Shown here: positions 35,545 to 45,152 of the stretch, piece by piece
Layout of the letters: every line of letters starts with the position of its first letter
Numbering within the stretch: position 1 is the first letter of the stretch
NCBI GenBank assembly: GCA_964561105.1
Contig: CAZLOH010000009.1
Span: forward strand, 22,679 to 86,678
DNA: 64,000 nt
Reading direction: 5' to 3'
Origin: an uncultured Bifidobacterium sp.
GTDB lineage: Bacteria; Verrucomicrobiota; Verrucomicrobiia; Limisphaerales; JADLHS01
The notes under the pieces: generated by a model
Databases searched by the model: none
What the model was told of the DNA's origin: nothing
What the model saw: the letters and a program-made list of their open reading frames with translations, nothing else
Translations under genes and position numbers: made by a program

Positions 35545-38079
35545 TCATTGCGAGCCGTCCGGAGCAGCTGCCTCCGGAGTCGCCGGAATCAAGATCACCT
35601 GGCCGACCCTCAGCCGGGTGGGGTCCAAACCCGGATTGGCTTCCAGAATTTGCTGCGGCGTCACTGGCGGGCCCAGTTGCTGAACAGCGCCGGCAATCTT
35701 GGCCACTGTATCTCCCGTGTGAATGACATATCTCTGGCCCGGCAGCGGATAGTCCGTCGGAGGTAGTGCGTTCTCACCTGTGGTGGCAGACGCGTCCGCC
35801 GGGGAGTTGGTGGAGTCCTCGGTTGCTTCCACCACCGGCGATTTCTTCGAGGGTGAGTGGTACGGCTTGGGATTTCCGTCGTCATCGAGCACGGGAAACC
35901 AGCGCATTCGATCCGCCTGGTCTCCGATCGCGGTCTTGCGGCAGCGCCGCACCAGCGCCTTGTAAAAAATATCCGCGGTCGTGGGGTCGCGCAGTTTCAG
36001 CCACGTGCCCGCCGTGCAAAGCACCCGGGCCGTCTCGTCCGAATTGTCCGGCATCAACTTCGCCGCTTCCCACGCGAGGAAGGCCGCCTGGTAACGGTAA
36101 TGAAACCGCGCCTCCGGGTCGGCGTGATTTTGTGCGGCCCGCTGCACCTCCGCCGCGCGGGCAAAGTTCAGTCGGTGGTTGGGCGCGTCGGAACTGCGAT
36201 CCGCCTCGGTCAATCCTGTCTCAAAATCGCCCTCGTGAATAAACCAGTCCGGCGCCAATTCCGTGCCGAGCAACTCCATCCCGCTCTCGCGCGCAATCCC
36301 GGCGGCGGCGAAGAATGACTTCGCCCGCTCGTCGGCGGGTTCGCTTTCGTTCCAGCCGTTGTCCAGCGCGACGATGAGTTCGTCAAGTTGCGGCTGCCAT
36401 TCGGCGGGAAAATACTCGCGCGCCTCCTTCATTCGCATTTCGCGCGCCAGCCGGCGGGCGAGTAGATAGCGAAGGTTCGTGACCAGCGAGTTGGTCGTTC
36501 CCGACTCCACGGTGGCGCTGGTTGCCAGCTCGTTCGTTCGCCCGGCTGACACCGGCCATTGCGTATCCACGTAATGCTTGAGTTCATCGCCGGTCAGCAC
36601 ACGTTCGGCAACGTACGCCGCGTCCTCCCAGAATCCCGCGCGCAGCAACGCATCCAGCGCTTCGACAAATTCGCCACGATTCAACTTCAATACGCCCAGT
36701 TCGCCCAGCATGGAGGCTCGCGCCGAGCTGTCCAAGTTCGCAATCTCACTGTAATTCACGCGCAGTTCGTCGGCGAACTCACCCGAATTCGTGGTCCCAA
36801 CCTCCGGCGGCATCGGCAAATTGCGTGTCAGTTGCGAGAGCAATCCGGCGGCTTGCGAAATTTTCCCGGCGCGCAGATACAACTTCGCCTGCACCCACTG
36901 GGTCACCGGCGTGCTGCGCGCCCGCTTCATCCAGCGTTGGGCGAGATCGAACTTGCCTGCCTGATACGCCGCCAACGCGAGTCGTTCGGCGGCGGCCATG
37001 TCCTTGACACCCGCCGCCTCCACGGCGTTGAGCCAGGCGGAAACGCAATCGCGTTCGGGCTGCGGCGGCGTCACCACATATCCGACATGATCGCCACAAA
37101 TCAGATAAGCCGTGATAACCGCCCGACAGTGGGCGTCCGTTGCCAGGGCTGCAAGTTCGTCGGTGCTCGCGTACAATGATTCCGCAGCCGTCCATTGCAG
37201 GGAAGCAGCCGCTGTCGGATCACCGGCGGCGTATTGCTCCAGATACAGTTCCATCGCGCGCTGGAAATGTTTCCGCCGCAATTCCACCCGCGCTTCCAGG
37301 CCGATCGCGGCCGTCGCCAGACCGATTGAATCCACGAAGCCATGCCTTGCCAATTCGTGCGTCTGCCGGAAGTAGGCCAGCGCCTTGTCGTCATCCTCCT
37401 TGTCCCAGGATTTGCCGAGCATGAACGCCGCCCAGGTGGATTTGTATTTTCGCTCCGCGGCCGGAAGCGCGAGCAGCCGGTTCCACGCTTCGCGTTCCTG
37501 CGTCGGGTCGGCCTTGGAAGAGTGATGCGCGACGGCGCCGGCAAAGTAGTCCGCGAACTCCGCCGGTAATCCCAGCACCGCATCGAAGGTGGGCGTAGCC
37601 GGCTGCGGTCCGCGCGCGGCGGTCGGATCTTCGCCGGGCGCCGCGGCGTGTTTGTAGGTCCAGTCCTCGCGGGCGTTGATGAAGTCGTCCAGCCGTTTTC
37701 GATTCAATCGTTGACTCTCAATGATGAAGGCGGCGTCCGCGTCGCTGACGTTCGCCCGTTTTAAGGCCCGCGCCAGGTCCGTCAGCTCGGCATCCGCAGT
37801 CGCTTGCGCGAAACCGTTCGTGGCCGGGACATAGTCAAACCGGCCCGGCTTGATATTCATCCGCTCAAGTTCCCGCCGGAAATCAGCGACGGGGGCCGCT
37901 AGGAGCGCATCGTCGCCACTGCCGAGCAGGTTGTTGGGAAAGAAGGGGCCGCACGCGTGCGCGTGCGAGGCGAGGGTGAGCAAGATCAAACCGAGCACCG
38001 CCAGTCGCAGCAAGGTCTCGATGAACGGCGAACGACTGAGAGTTGGTGGCCCCGACCGCGCCCGGACACCTGCTGTCAT
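35545..38079 (-). CDS. Large secreted/anchored helical-repeat (TPR-like) protein with C-terminal LysM domain
   Basis: ATG at 38079. Hydrophobic anchor 'LAVLGLILLTLASHAHACGPFFPN'. C-terminal LysM 'YVIHTGDTVAKIAG...ILEANPGLDPTRLRVGQVILIP'. Confidence 0.8.
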   Translation of the reverse strand: MTAGVRARSGPPTLSRSPFIETLLRLAVLGLILLTLASHAHACGPFFPNNLLGSGDDALLAAPVADFRRELERMNIKPGRFDYVPATNGFAQATADAELTDLARALKRANVSDADAAFIIESQRLNRKRLDDFINAREDWTYKHAAAPGEDPTAARGPQPATPTFDAVLGLPAEFADYFAGAVAHHSSKADPTQEREAWNRLLALPAAERKYKSTWAAFMLGKSWDKEDDDKALAYFRQTHELARHGFVDSIGLATAAIGLEARVELRRKHFQRAMELYLEQYAAGDPTAAASLQWTAAESLYASTDELAALATDAHCRAVITAYLICGDHVGYVVTPPQPERDCVSAWLNAVEAAGVKDMAAAERLALAAYQAGKFDLAQRWMKRARSTPVTQWVQAKLYLRAGKISQAAGLLSQLTRNLPMPPEVGTTNSGEFADELRVNYSEIANLDSSARASMLGELGVLKLNRGEFVEALDALLRAGFWEDAAYVAERVLTGDELKHYVDTQWPVSAGRTNELATSATVESGTTNSLVTNLRYLLARRLAREMRMKEAREYFPAEWQPQLDELIVALDNGWNESEPADERAKSFFAAAGIARESGMELLGTELAPDWFIHEGDFETGLTEADRSSDAPNHRLNFARAAEVQRAAQNHADPEARFHYRYQAAFLAWEAAKLMPDNSDETARVLCTAGTWLKLRDPTTADIFYKALVRRCRKTAIGDQADRMRWFPVLDDDGNPKPYHSPSKKSPVVEATEDSTNSPADASATTGENALPPTDYPLPGQRYVIHTGDTVAKIAGAVQQLGPPVTPQQILEANPGLDPTRLRVGQVILIPATPEAAAPDGSQ

Positions 38080-38203
38080 CTCGGCGGCCGCAACGGCGCG
38101 ACGTAGGGAGTGGAGAAGTGAACGACCCGGATCATTCAATCGCGGCGCCGATCGGCACTCATTTTGGGTTTTGGATTTTAGAATTCGGACCTGGGTTATT
38201 GTT

Positions 38204-39562
38204 TCATAATTTTTTAAGTTCACACCGCACCTCACAGTCTTGGTCAAAACGCAGCCAGCCCAGCACGAGCGTTTCGCCCGCGCGGATGCGACTGGGTTGC
38301 GACCTGGTTTGGATTCTCGCGGCGGACGCGCTTCTGTCCGCCAGTTCAAAGTCCCGCAGCGCGTCGCCCGCCACGAGACGGGCATTGCGCCAACGGACTT
38401 CCACAGCGAGCCGTGAGGAAACGTCGAGTTCGCCTTCGTTTGCGAGATTGATTTCCACCAACCCCGACTCGACCCGGCGCGTGCTCACCCGCAGCACTTC
38501 ACGGGGAACACGCGCGTCGAGAATCGCTCCAAGCGTCGCCCAACGCCAGTTAAATTTATCCACAATCGTCGGCAGCCGATACCAGATCACGCCGCGCAGC
38601 GGCGCGGGCCGGCTGGCCGTCCATTGCCGCACCAAGGCGGCCAGTTCAACCGGATCCGAGGCAACCTCGCGAAGCTGCGCATTGGTGGGCCAGTTCGGCC
38701 GTGCTCCCTCGGCGGACAGCCCGAGAAACTTCCCGTCCGTGGCGAATGCCAGCGTGTAGCCATAGGTCGGCAACGCCACCCGAAATGGAATCCCAATCCG
38801 TCCGGCCCGCTCCACCGCGCGGCTGGCTGCGCGCGGATCGCACAACGTGAACGGCGCGTCAAATCCGCGCGGCCGCTCGACCGAATGGACTTGCAGCACG
38901 TAATTGGTTGCCACTGCTGCCAGGCGTTTGAACGCCCGCGCATTCAACCAACTGGGCAGGGCGGTGATGGTGACGGGCAGGGGCGCGACGCGATGTTGCA
39001 AGGCCACCACCCACACGAGGTAGCCGTCCAGTTTCGACTCGGCGCAATCGAAATCAATCTGTAGTTCGGCCAGCGCCACACCGTTGGTGCGCGCTTCGGT
39101 CACCAGGCGATTTGCCGTATCCGCGATGAATTCACCGATGGCATCGTTGGTGAACGGCCCGGCGTACGGTCCAATCCGCAACGCGATACCGACCGGTCGC
39201 CGGGTGGCCGCCAGCGTGGCGTAATCCACCGACATCCGCGTGAGTTGCGGCCGCTTGTTTTTCCAGGAAATCTCAGCGGCGAGCGGAACAATCTCGGCGA
39301 AGTTCGTGCCGTGTTGCGCCACGGCCTCGCGCACCGGTTGTGCCCACGTCCGTTGCCAGACATAAACTTCCTGCCGCAACGGTCCACTCACCCGGGGTGC
39401 GTTTCGGAAAATAACCAACATCACCGCCCCAGCCGTCAACGCGGTGATGAGCAGGGCGGATAAAAAGACGAAGCGGTAATTCCTCACGCGCCGGAAGCAT
39501 GGGTGACATTCCGGGAACTGACAAGTGCCGGGCCGGGCGCGATACGCCAATGCCAGTCGCAT
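38204..39562 (-). CDS. Membrane-anchored hypothetical protein, DUF3142-like (family assignment from memory, unverified)
   Basis: N-terminal TM 'FVFLSALLITALTAGAVMLVIF'. 'VYVWQRTW' and 'ELQIDFDCAES' motifs. C-terminal beta-rich region of about 90 aa. Confidence 0.7.
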   Translation of the reverse strand: MRLALAYRARPGTCQFPECHPCFRRVRNYRFVFLSALLITALTAGAVMLVIFRNAPRVSGPLRQEVYVWQRTWAQPVREAVAQHGTNFAEIVPLAAEISWKNKRPQLTRMSVDYATLAATRRPVGIALRIGPYAGPFTNDAIGEFIADTANRLVTEARTNGVALAELQIDFDCAESKLDGYLVWVVALQHRVAPLPVTITALPSWLNARAFKRLAAVATNYVLQVHSVERPRGFDAPFTLCDPRAASRAVERAGRIGIPFRVALPTYGYTLAFATDGKFLGLSAEGARPNWPTNAQLREVASDPVELAALVRQWTASRPAPLRGVIWYRLPTIVDKFNWRWATLGAILDARVPREVLRVSTRRVESGLVEINLANEGELDVSSRLAVEVRWRNARLVAGDALRDFELADRSASAARIQTRSQPSRIRAGETLVLGWLRFDQDCEVRCELKKL

Positions 39563-40067
39563 CAGTTCTCCGATGGCTTCGACGTTGCGGTGCTTTCACT
39601 CGGACGGAAGCTTATTCCCGGTAGTCCGTGTGCGCGCTGGCGATGGCTCTGAAGCGCTCGAATCGCTCCGGCTCAGGCAGGTTGCGGAGTGGAATACAAC
39701 AAGCCTGGATGGGTGCCAGGAAAATGAATAGAAAGTGTTTTGAACGGCGAACGCGGAATTTGTTGTTGGCGCGCTCACGAGGAGTCAACAGTCACCCGTT
39801 GGTAATGGTCTCTGTCCAACTCTTTTCATCGGGCAATACTATTTTGGACGCAGCAGCCAGTCCAGCCCGGCCTTGCCATCGGCACGAGCGCGGAATGTTC
39901 GCGGCCCCGCTGGAGAATTCCGCCTGCAAGCAGCCTCTGTGACCAGGCTTGTCCGCACCTTCGGGAGGGAGGCCCGTGGGTGCGTGAGGCGTGTGGATTT
40001 TCTGGGTCCGAGCGATGCGATCGGCTGGCGGCGGGTTGGCTGGCATGTGGTTAGCTAAATCTGGCCT

Positions 40068-40310
40068 ATGCGAAAAACCGACCCCACTCAGATCGAAACG
40101 CTCGTGGAAAACTATTATCAACCGCTCTTCCGCTTTGCCGCCACGTTGTGCGGCAGTCCGGGCCGGGCCATGATCCTGACCCAGCGAACCTTCGTGCTGG
40201 CCCTGGACCGCAGCCGGAGTCTGCCGGTGCCAGCCAACGTCGGGGCCTGGCTCTTCGCGATCTTGTTCTCCAATTTTCTGGCGGACCGTTCGCGCAGTGC
40301 CCGCGCCTGA
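40068..40310 (+). pseudogene. ECF sigma-70 factor fragment (region 2 only, region 4 missing)
   Basis: 80 aa: 'LVENYYQPLFRFAATLCGSPGRAMILTQRTFVLAL...AWLFAILFSNFLADRSR', then a stop. No HTH region 4 in any downstream frame. Lies 160 nt upstream of repeat copy B. Confidence 0.55.
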
Positions 40311-40471
40311 TCGGCGGCCTGACGCCAAGGCGAGTTGCTGCGGCGGCCAAGCAGCGGAACAGTTTCGCGCACGTTGCGTCGAAACTGCGGTGAGCACGGG
40401 TTGAAGAATTGATCTCGATTTGTCAGTGAAGCGAGCAGCGCCCCTCGCTGTTGTGAAACACTTTGCCGGCG

Positions 40472-40594
40472 TATTTCACACGCAACTGAGAAAGCTGATG
40501 CCTGCCGCGTGGGGGCACGCGGCCTACAAGCCTCGTCCGCCCAGTCCTGAAGGCCGGGTTCTTCAACCCGGCGTTACGAGTGCAAGTGTCCGGG
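40472..40594 (+). repeat. Dispersed about 125-bp structured repeat, copy B
   Basis: Same orientation as copy A (35397..35521). Accounts for the spurious ORF 'MPAAWGHAAYKPRPPSPEGRV'. Confidence 0.85.
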
Positions 40595-40661
40595 TCAAGC
40601 TGAGTGAAGACTCTCACATGCCTGGCCGGACTGACGGAAAACCCGTCATTTGAGTTTCAGT

Positions 40662-42626
40662 TCACGGTCGCGCGGCGGTTCCGGATTTCCGGTCTGGTGG
40701 AGGCAGGCTGGCCAGGTGCTCGCGCAGAATCCGGCGCACTTCTTCGATGGTGGCGGGTTTGCTCTGGCAGGAATGTCCGCTGCGCACGATGTACTCGGAT
40801 TCCACATAATCCACGTGCGCGCTCCGATAGCTCACCACGCCATCCACACCGTCGGGCGGCTGGGCATCGCTGTTGATGGCGATGATGGAATGGGCCTGGA
40901 CGTTGGGGCTGACGGGAATGTCCGCGAGTTTGAGGAGGAAGGGATTCTCCGGCGACATGCCGTCCACGCTGGTGGGGATCTGGCCGCGATACGAGCGCGG
41001 TAATTTGATGCCCTGGTGGTGCAGCAGGAAGTCGGCGCTTCTTTGCACGGCGGTTTTCGGAAACGAGATGAGTTTGTAAATGATGCGCCGCACGAATTTG
41101 CTGGCCAGATAACTGCCGCGATGAGGCGTGCAGATGAAGACCACGTCGCGGACGAACGGCAACGGGGTGAAGAAAAGATTGGTGCGCACCCATCCCTGCT
41201 GAGCCGATGAGAGTTTCGATTCGTCCAGCGGTTTGTCACTCAGCACACGCCACAACTGGTCGCCGGTATCCGTGACGGTGAGTTTGGTCAGCAAACCACC
41301 CTGACTGTGGCCGATGACGACCATCTGCTGGAGGGCCGGGTCCTGACCATTCGGATCCAACTCATGAACCTTGGCGGTGAGGGCATCACGCAGCTCTTTG
41401 GCTGAAATGAAAATGGGGTTGCCGCTGCTGTAGAGGAACTGCCAGATCTGGCAGCGCTCGCGGATTTCCGGATCGGCATTGAGGGTGTTGACCATTTCGG
41501 CCCACCAGACTGGATTGGAAAAAGTGCCGTGAACAAATACCACCGGCACTCGTCCCCGTTGATACGGTCGCGAAAGAAGCAACTGGGACTTCAACACCTG
41601 GGCGGGGGAAAAGAACTGCAACCAATCCAATTGCCAGATGAAGGATTGGTTCAACATGTAGGCCGCCGGCGTGGTCAGGTCCATTTCCAGGGGCACGGTC
41701 GCCTGGCCGAGCGAGACCGTGGTTTGATCGAACGGAGAATACAATTCCAGCGAACCGGAGGCGTTGCCGGATTCGAGCGCGGCCAGGGAATCGGGACCAC
41801 GCAACAGCACGGTGGCCGGGGTGGCGCGTTTGATGTGCAGGGCGGCGTCGGTCTGACCAACCGCAATGAGCGGCGCGCCGATGCCGGCGGGGCGGTTGCG
41901 CATGCTGAAACCGCGCACCCGGAACTGATCGGCCACAAGAAATTGATGAAAATCCTTCAACGGCCAGGGGAAACCCGGCTGACTGAACTTCAACTCGATT
42001 TCGCCCACGGGCAGCCGCCGTCGTCCACCGGCGAACGATACCACGGCGTTGGTGCTGCGCGGATTGGTCAGACTCCAGCCAAGTCCGTAGTTGTAGAGAT
42101 CGCAGGCGACCCGGAAGCGCCGGTCGAAGGCATCGGGTCGCGCGCCCTTGCCCTCGCCAAACAGGAAGAGGTAAGCATAGATGGCCGAGCCGAGATAGTA
42201 ATCGCGCGGGTCCGACTGCCGCCAGGGTTTGACGTTGTGCCGTAATTCATCCCCGGCGACATAACTCACCTCCGCCAGCGCAAACAACAGATCGCGGTCG
42301 CCGGTGGACACGGCAATCGGGTAAAGCTGGCGAACGGCTTCGGCGGGCTGTTCCCGGGCCAGATGCTCCAGATTGTAGCGATGCAACAGCGATATGGTCG
42401 CGGCGCTCGGTTGTCCGGTGCTGAGCGCATTGGCCTCCACCTGGTCGTACGCCTGGCGCGGCAACACGCGGTCCGCCCCCATCGGTGCGGCGCAACCGGC
42501 CACCAGAAGCAAGGGCAGCACACAGGCGCAGAACGCAAGCCAATGGCCATGTTTCGCCGTGCGAGGCGACCGCGAGTTTTGGATTTGGGAGGTGAAATTC
42601 ATAAACTCATGCGGAAAGTTGATCAC
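40662..42626 (-). CDS. Lipoprotein with C-terminal alpha/beta-hydrolase (lipase/esterase-like) domain
   Basis: Lipobox 'LLLVAGC'. 'VVFVHGTFSNP' (oxyanion HG). Nucleophile elbow 'VIGHSQGG'. GTG at 42626 overlaps the upstream stop (GTGA); alternative ATG at 42602. Confidence 0.8.
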   Translation of the reverse strand: MINFPHEFMNFTSQIQNSRSPRTAKHGHWLAFCACVLPLLLVAGCAAPMGADRVLPRQAYDQVEANALSTGQPSAATISLLHRYNLEHLAREQPAEAVRQLYPIAVSTGDRDLLFALAEVSYVAGDELRHNVKPWRQSDPRDYYLGSAIYAYLFLFGEGKGARPDAFDRRFRVACDLYNYGLGWSLTNPRSTNAVVSFAGGRRRLPVGEIELKFSQPGFPWPLKDFHQFLVADQFRVRGFSMRNRPAGIGAPLIAVGQTDAALHIKRATPATVLLRGPDSLAALESGNASGSLELYSPFDQTTVSLGQATVPLEMDLTTPAAYMLNQSFIWQLDWLQFFSPAQVLKSQLLLSRPYQRGRVPVVFVHGTFSNPVWWAEMVNTLNADPEIRERCQIWQFLYSSGNPIFISAKELRDALTAKVHELDPNGQDPALQQMVVIGHSQGGLLTKLTVTDTGDQLWRVLSDKPLDESKLSSAQQGWVRTNLFFTPLPFVRDVVFICTPHRGSYLASKFVRRIIYKLISFPKTAVQRSADFLLHHQGIKLPRSYRGQIPTSVDGMSPENPFLLKLADIPVSPNVQAHSIIAINSDAQPPDGVDGVVSYRSAHVDYVESEYIVRSGHSCQSKPATIEEVRRILREHLASLPPPDRKSGTAARP

Positions 42627-43369
42627 GTTGGTTCCGAAGAATCGACGCCCGGGGGTGGATTGCGCGAATACAAGGCGACCAAGCGCGAGATCAGCACCGC
42701 CACGTAAAATGTGCCGGTCATTGCCTCCAGCACCGCCAACATGCGTGCGGACTGCGAAACCGGAATGAAGTCACCGTATCCGGTGGTGGTGAGAGTGACA
42801 AAGCTGAAATAGAAAAATCCCAGTTGGTCCAGAGTCTGAGCGGTGGTGGCCGTGCCATTTACGAGGAAGGATCCCGGGACGACCCGGGCCAGGATCATGT
42901 ACGCGAAAGCCCAGAGCAGCCCCAGCAGGAGATAGCCGGCAATGGCCGCGCACAGGACCTCGAAATTGACGCGGGGCGCCCGCAAAATGAAACGAAAAAG
43001 GTTGGCGACAATGAACAGCATGAAAACCAGCGTGGCACAAAGGTAAGCCTCCTGGGCGAACTGGCTTGGATTCAGATGATTGGTCCAGCGGAAGACCAGC
43101 GCCGGCAACACCAGCAGCGCGGCGATCAAGAGTGTCCGCTGACGCCCGCCCACCGCCAGGACGGCGGCGACCAGCACCAGCGTCATGAGGATGGCTTCCA
43201 GTAGATGGCCACCCGGAAATTCATCGAAGAACGGGGCGCTGACAAACAGCAGGATCAGGGCGACCAAAAGTTCGACCGTCGAAAAGCGAACCACGCCGGA
43301 ACGACTGGCCCGCTTCGCCTCCGATTCGGGCGATGCGCCGGTGGATTTTGGTTTTGGGGAATCTGACAC
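42623..43369 (-). CDS. Potassium channel (pore-loop ion transport protein)
   Basis: K+ selectivity filter 'LTTTGYGDFIP' between hydrophobic helices, with several upstream TM segments. GTG start. Confidence 0.85.
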   Translation of the reverse strand: MSDSPKPKSTGASPESEAKRASRSGVVRFSTVELLVALILLFVSAPFFDEFPGGHLLEAILMTLVLVAAVLAVGGRQRTLLIAALLVLPALVFRWTNHLNPSQFAQEAYLCATLVFMLFIVANLFRFILRAPRVNFEVLCAAIAGYLLLGLLWAFAYMILARVVPGSFLVNGTATTAQTLDQLGFFYFSFVTLTTTGYGDFIPVSQSARMLAVLEAMTGTFYVAVLISRLVALYSRNPPPGVDSSEPT

Positions 43370-43545
43370 GATGACGATACCGCTCAGCGCGGTTGTTCGA
43401 TCCGTTGAAAATTGGTGGTCATGTTAGCTGACGTATTTCCGTTGGCGCTTTCTTCGCATGATCGCGCCGAAGGCGCAAGCCAGCTTTTCTCGGTCACCCG
43501 CGCCGCTCTTGTTTCCCGTCCCGCCAACACCCCTGGGCGGGCTGA

Positions 43546-45057
43546 TTAAAAATCCACGCCGACCCGGGTTTGAAAGATGAACAGGTTGCCGTCGTTGGGG
43601 CCGCCGGACACATGGCCCATGCCGTAGTTGAACATCCATTTGATGTGCGAGTGTGGATACCAGTTCAGGCCGGCCATGAGTAGATTCAGCGTGCCGCCCT
43701 GCACCGACTCGTCGGAGAGATCCGTGTGGGAAAATCGGGCGGCGACTTCCCACGCGCCCCAACCACCACCGCTGAATCGGAAATTGTTGCGGGGAATCAG
43801 ACGTTGGAACGCTCCGGTGGCAGGATTGTAGGGACGACTCTCGCCGGTGAGATACCAGCCGACGAACGCGTAGAAACCACCGAAGTTCAGATTTTGCCCG
43901 TTCTCCTCCTGGACGACCGAGTAGATGCCCTCACCTTGGATGATCAGCGGCCCGTTCACCCAGGCAACTTCGCTGCCGAAGGTCGCCGCGCCGTTGGCCG
44001 CAATGTCACCCGTATCAATGATGTACGGTGCGAGATAACTCTCGGGCCGGGTCCGATAGCGTAACGTGCTGGTGGTCGAGTAGAGGATATTGGCGCTCAC
44101 GCCCAGGTGCAGAAGCTGGTTGGCGGTCGGGTTTTCCAGGTTCGGATGATAGATTGGCAGGCCGGTCAGCCGGAGCACCGCGCTCCCGTAGTCTTGAGCG
44201 GCGACGCCGTATTCCTGTCCGCCCGCACCGGGAGTAAAGAGTCCCAAGGCCCAGGTGGCGCGCTCCTGAAAGATCGGCTGGCCCAACTGAAAGCCCGCTT
44301 CCGTGCCCGGCGCAATGGCGGTAATCGGGGCGGATGGCTCCATGAACACGAGGTCACGACTGCTCGTAATCAGGTCCAGGCCCATCGGTGACTGGAATTG
44401 TCCGAGGCGGAGATTGCCGAGATAGTTAATGTGCGAAAACTGCAGGTAGCTTTTGTTGAGCGTGAACTGGCCGGCCGAGTAGCCCAGCTCAATAAAATAG
44501 CTCACGGGCAAAATCAGGACGCAATCGCCACCGGCGTTAAAGAGCAAGCGCCGCAACTGAATGCCATTGTCGAAACCGGTCAGATTGCCGTCGGTGACGA
44601 AAGCGGCGCCGTCCACTTCGAGTCGGGCACCGAATGTGCCGCTCATTTTGACCTGCTCCAAATCGAGGCGGAGGCGCTCGTTACCCGGGATCGGGCTGAG
44701 GCCGAGGAAACCCAGCGGATTGGTCAGGCTCGTGCTTTGGATGATCTGCACTTGCAAACCATCCCAGCCTTTCCAGGCGAAGTCCCATTGAAACTTGCTC
44801 GGCCGATTGGTCTGTCCGCTCGTGGCCGGCGGCGCGTTGGTATCCACGACGACCCGCATGGAGTGTTTCAATCGTTCGGGACCGGTGAGTTTGTCGGTGG
44901 TCGCCGGTTTATCGGTTTCGCCGACGGACAAAACGGGTGACGGGGTTGCGGTAACATTTGCTTCACCTTGAGCAGCGAACGCGCTCAGGAACAAATAACC
45001 CCACGTCAACGCCGCGCAAACCACCCGTAAAGCGCGACGCCGTTTTTTGGTTGCCAT
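43546..45057 (-). CDS. Phosphate-selective porin O/P (OprO/OprP) family outer-membrane porin
   Basis: Signal peptide 'LRVVCAALTWGYLFLSAFAAQG'. 'GLNWYPHSHIKWMFNYG'. C-terminal aromatic residue '...RVGVDF'. ATG at 45057. Confidence 0.75.
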   Translation of the reverse strand: MATKKRRRALRVVCAALTWGYLFLSAFAAQGEANVTATPSPVLSVGETDKPATTDKLTGPERLKHSMRVVVDTNAPPATSGQTNRPSKFQWDFAWKGWDGLQVQIIQSTSLTNPLGFLGLSPIPGNERLRLDLEQVKMSGTFGARLEVDGAAFVTDGNLTGFDNGIQLRRLLFNAGGDCVLILPVSYFIELGYSAGQFTLNKSYLQFSHINYLGNLRLGQFQSPMGLDLITSSRDLVFMEPSAPITAIAPGTEAGFQLGQPIFQERATWALGLFTPGAGGQEYGVAAQDYGSAVLRLTGLPIYHPNLENPTANQLLHLGVSANILYSTTSTLRYRTRPESYLAPYIIDTGDIAANGAATFGSEVAWVNGPLIIQGEGIYSVVQEENGQNLNFGGFYAFVGWYLTGESRPYNPATGAFQRLIPRNNFRFSGGGWGAWEVAARFSHTDLSDESVQGGTLNLLMAGLNWYPHSHIKWMFNYGMGHVSGGPNDGNLFIFQTRVGVDF

Positions 45058-45152
45058 GGGCGTCGCACTGCGAGTTCCAACCGGTTCACACGACCCCTCC
45101 GGCGTTGGCGAAAATTCGATCTGGCCTTTCACCGGGTGTTGGGTGCGTCCGA

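Noticed and set aside
39792-40397. 201-aa minus-strand ORF, and plus-strand ORFs 39628..39942 and 39873..40058, in the gap upstream of the sigma fragment.
   Set aside because: They have no motifs and low-complexity Arg/Gly/Pro composition. One is antisense to the sigma fragment, and none has a convincing start context.
40420-40653. ORF encoding 'MSVKRAAPLAVVKHF...MPAAWGHAAYKPRPPSPEGRV...'.
   Set aside because: It is a read-through of dispersed repeat copy B. The same DNA recurs at 35397..35521 in a non-coding context.
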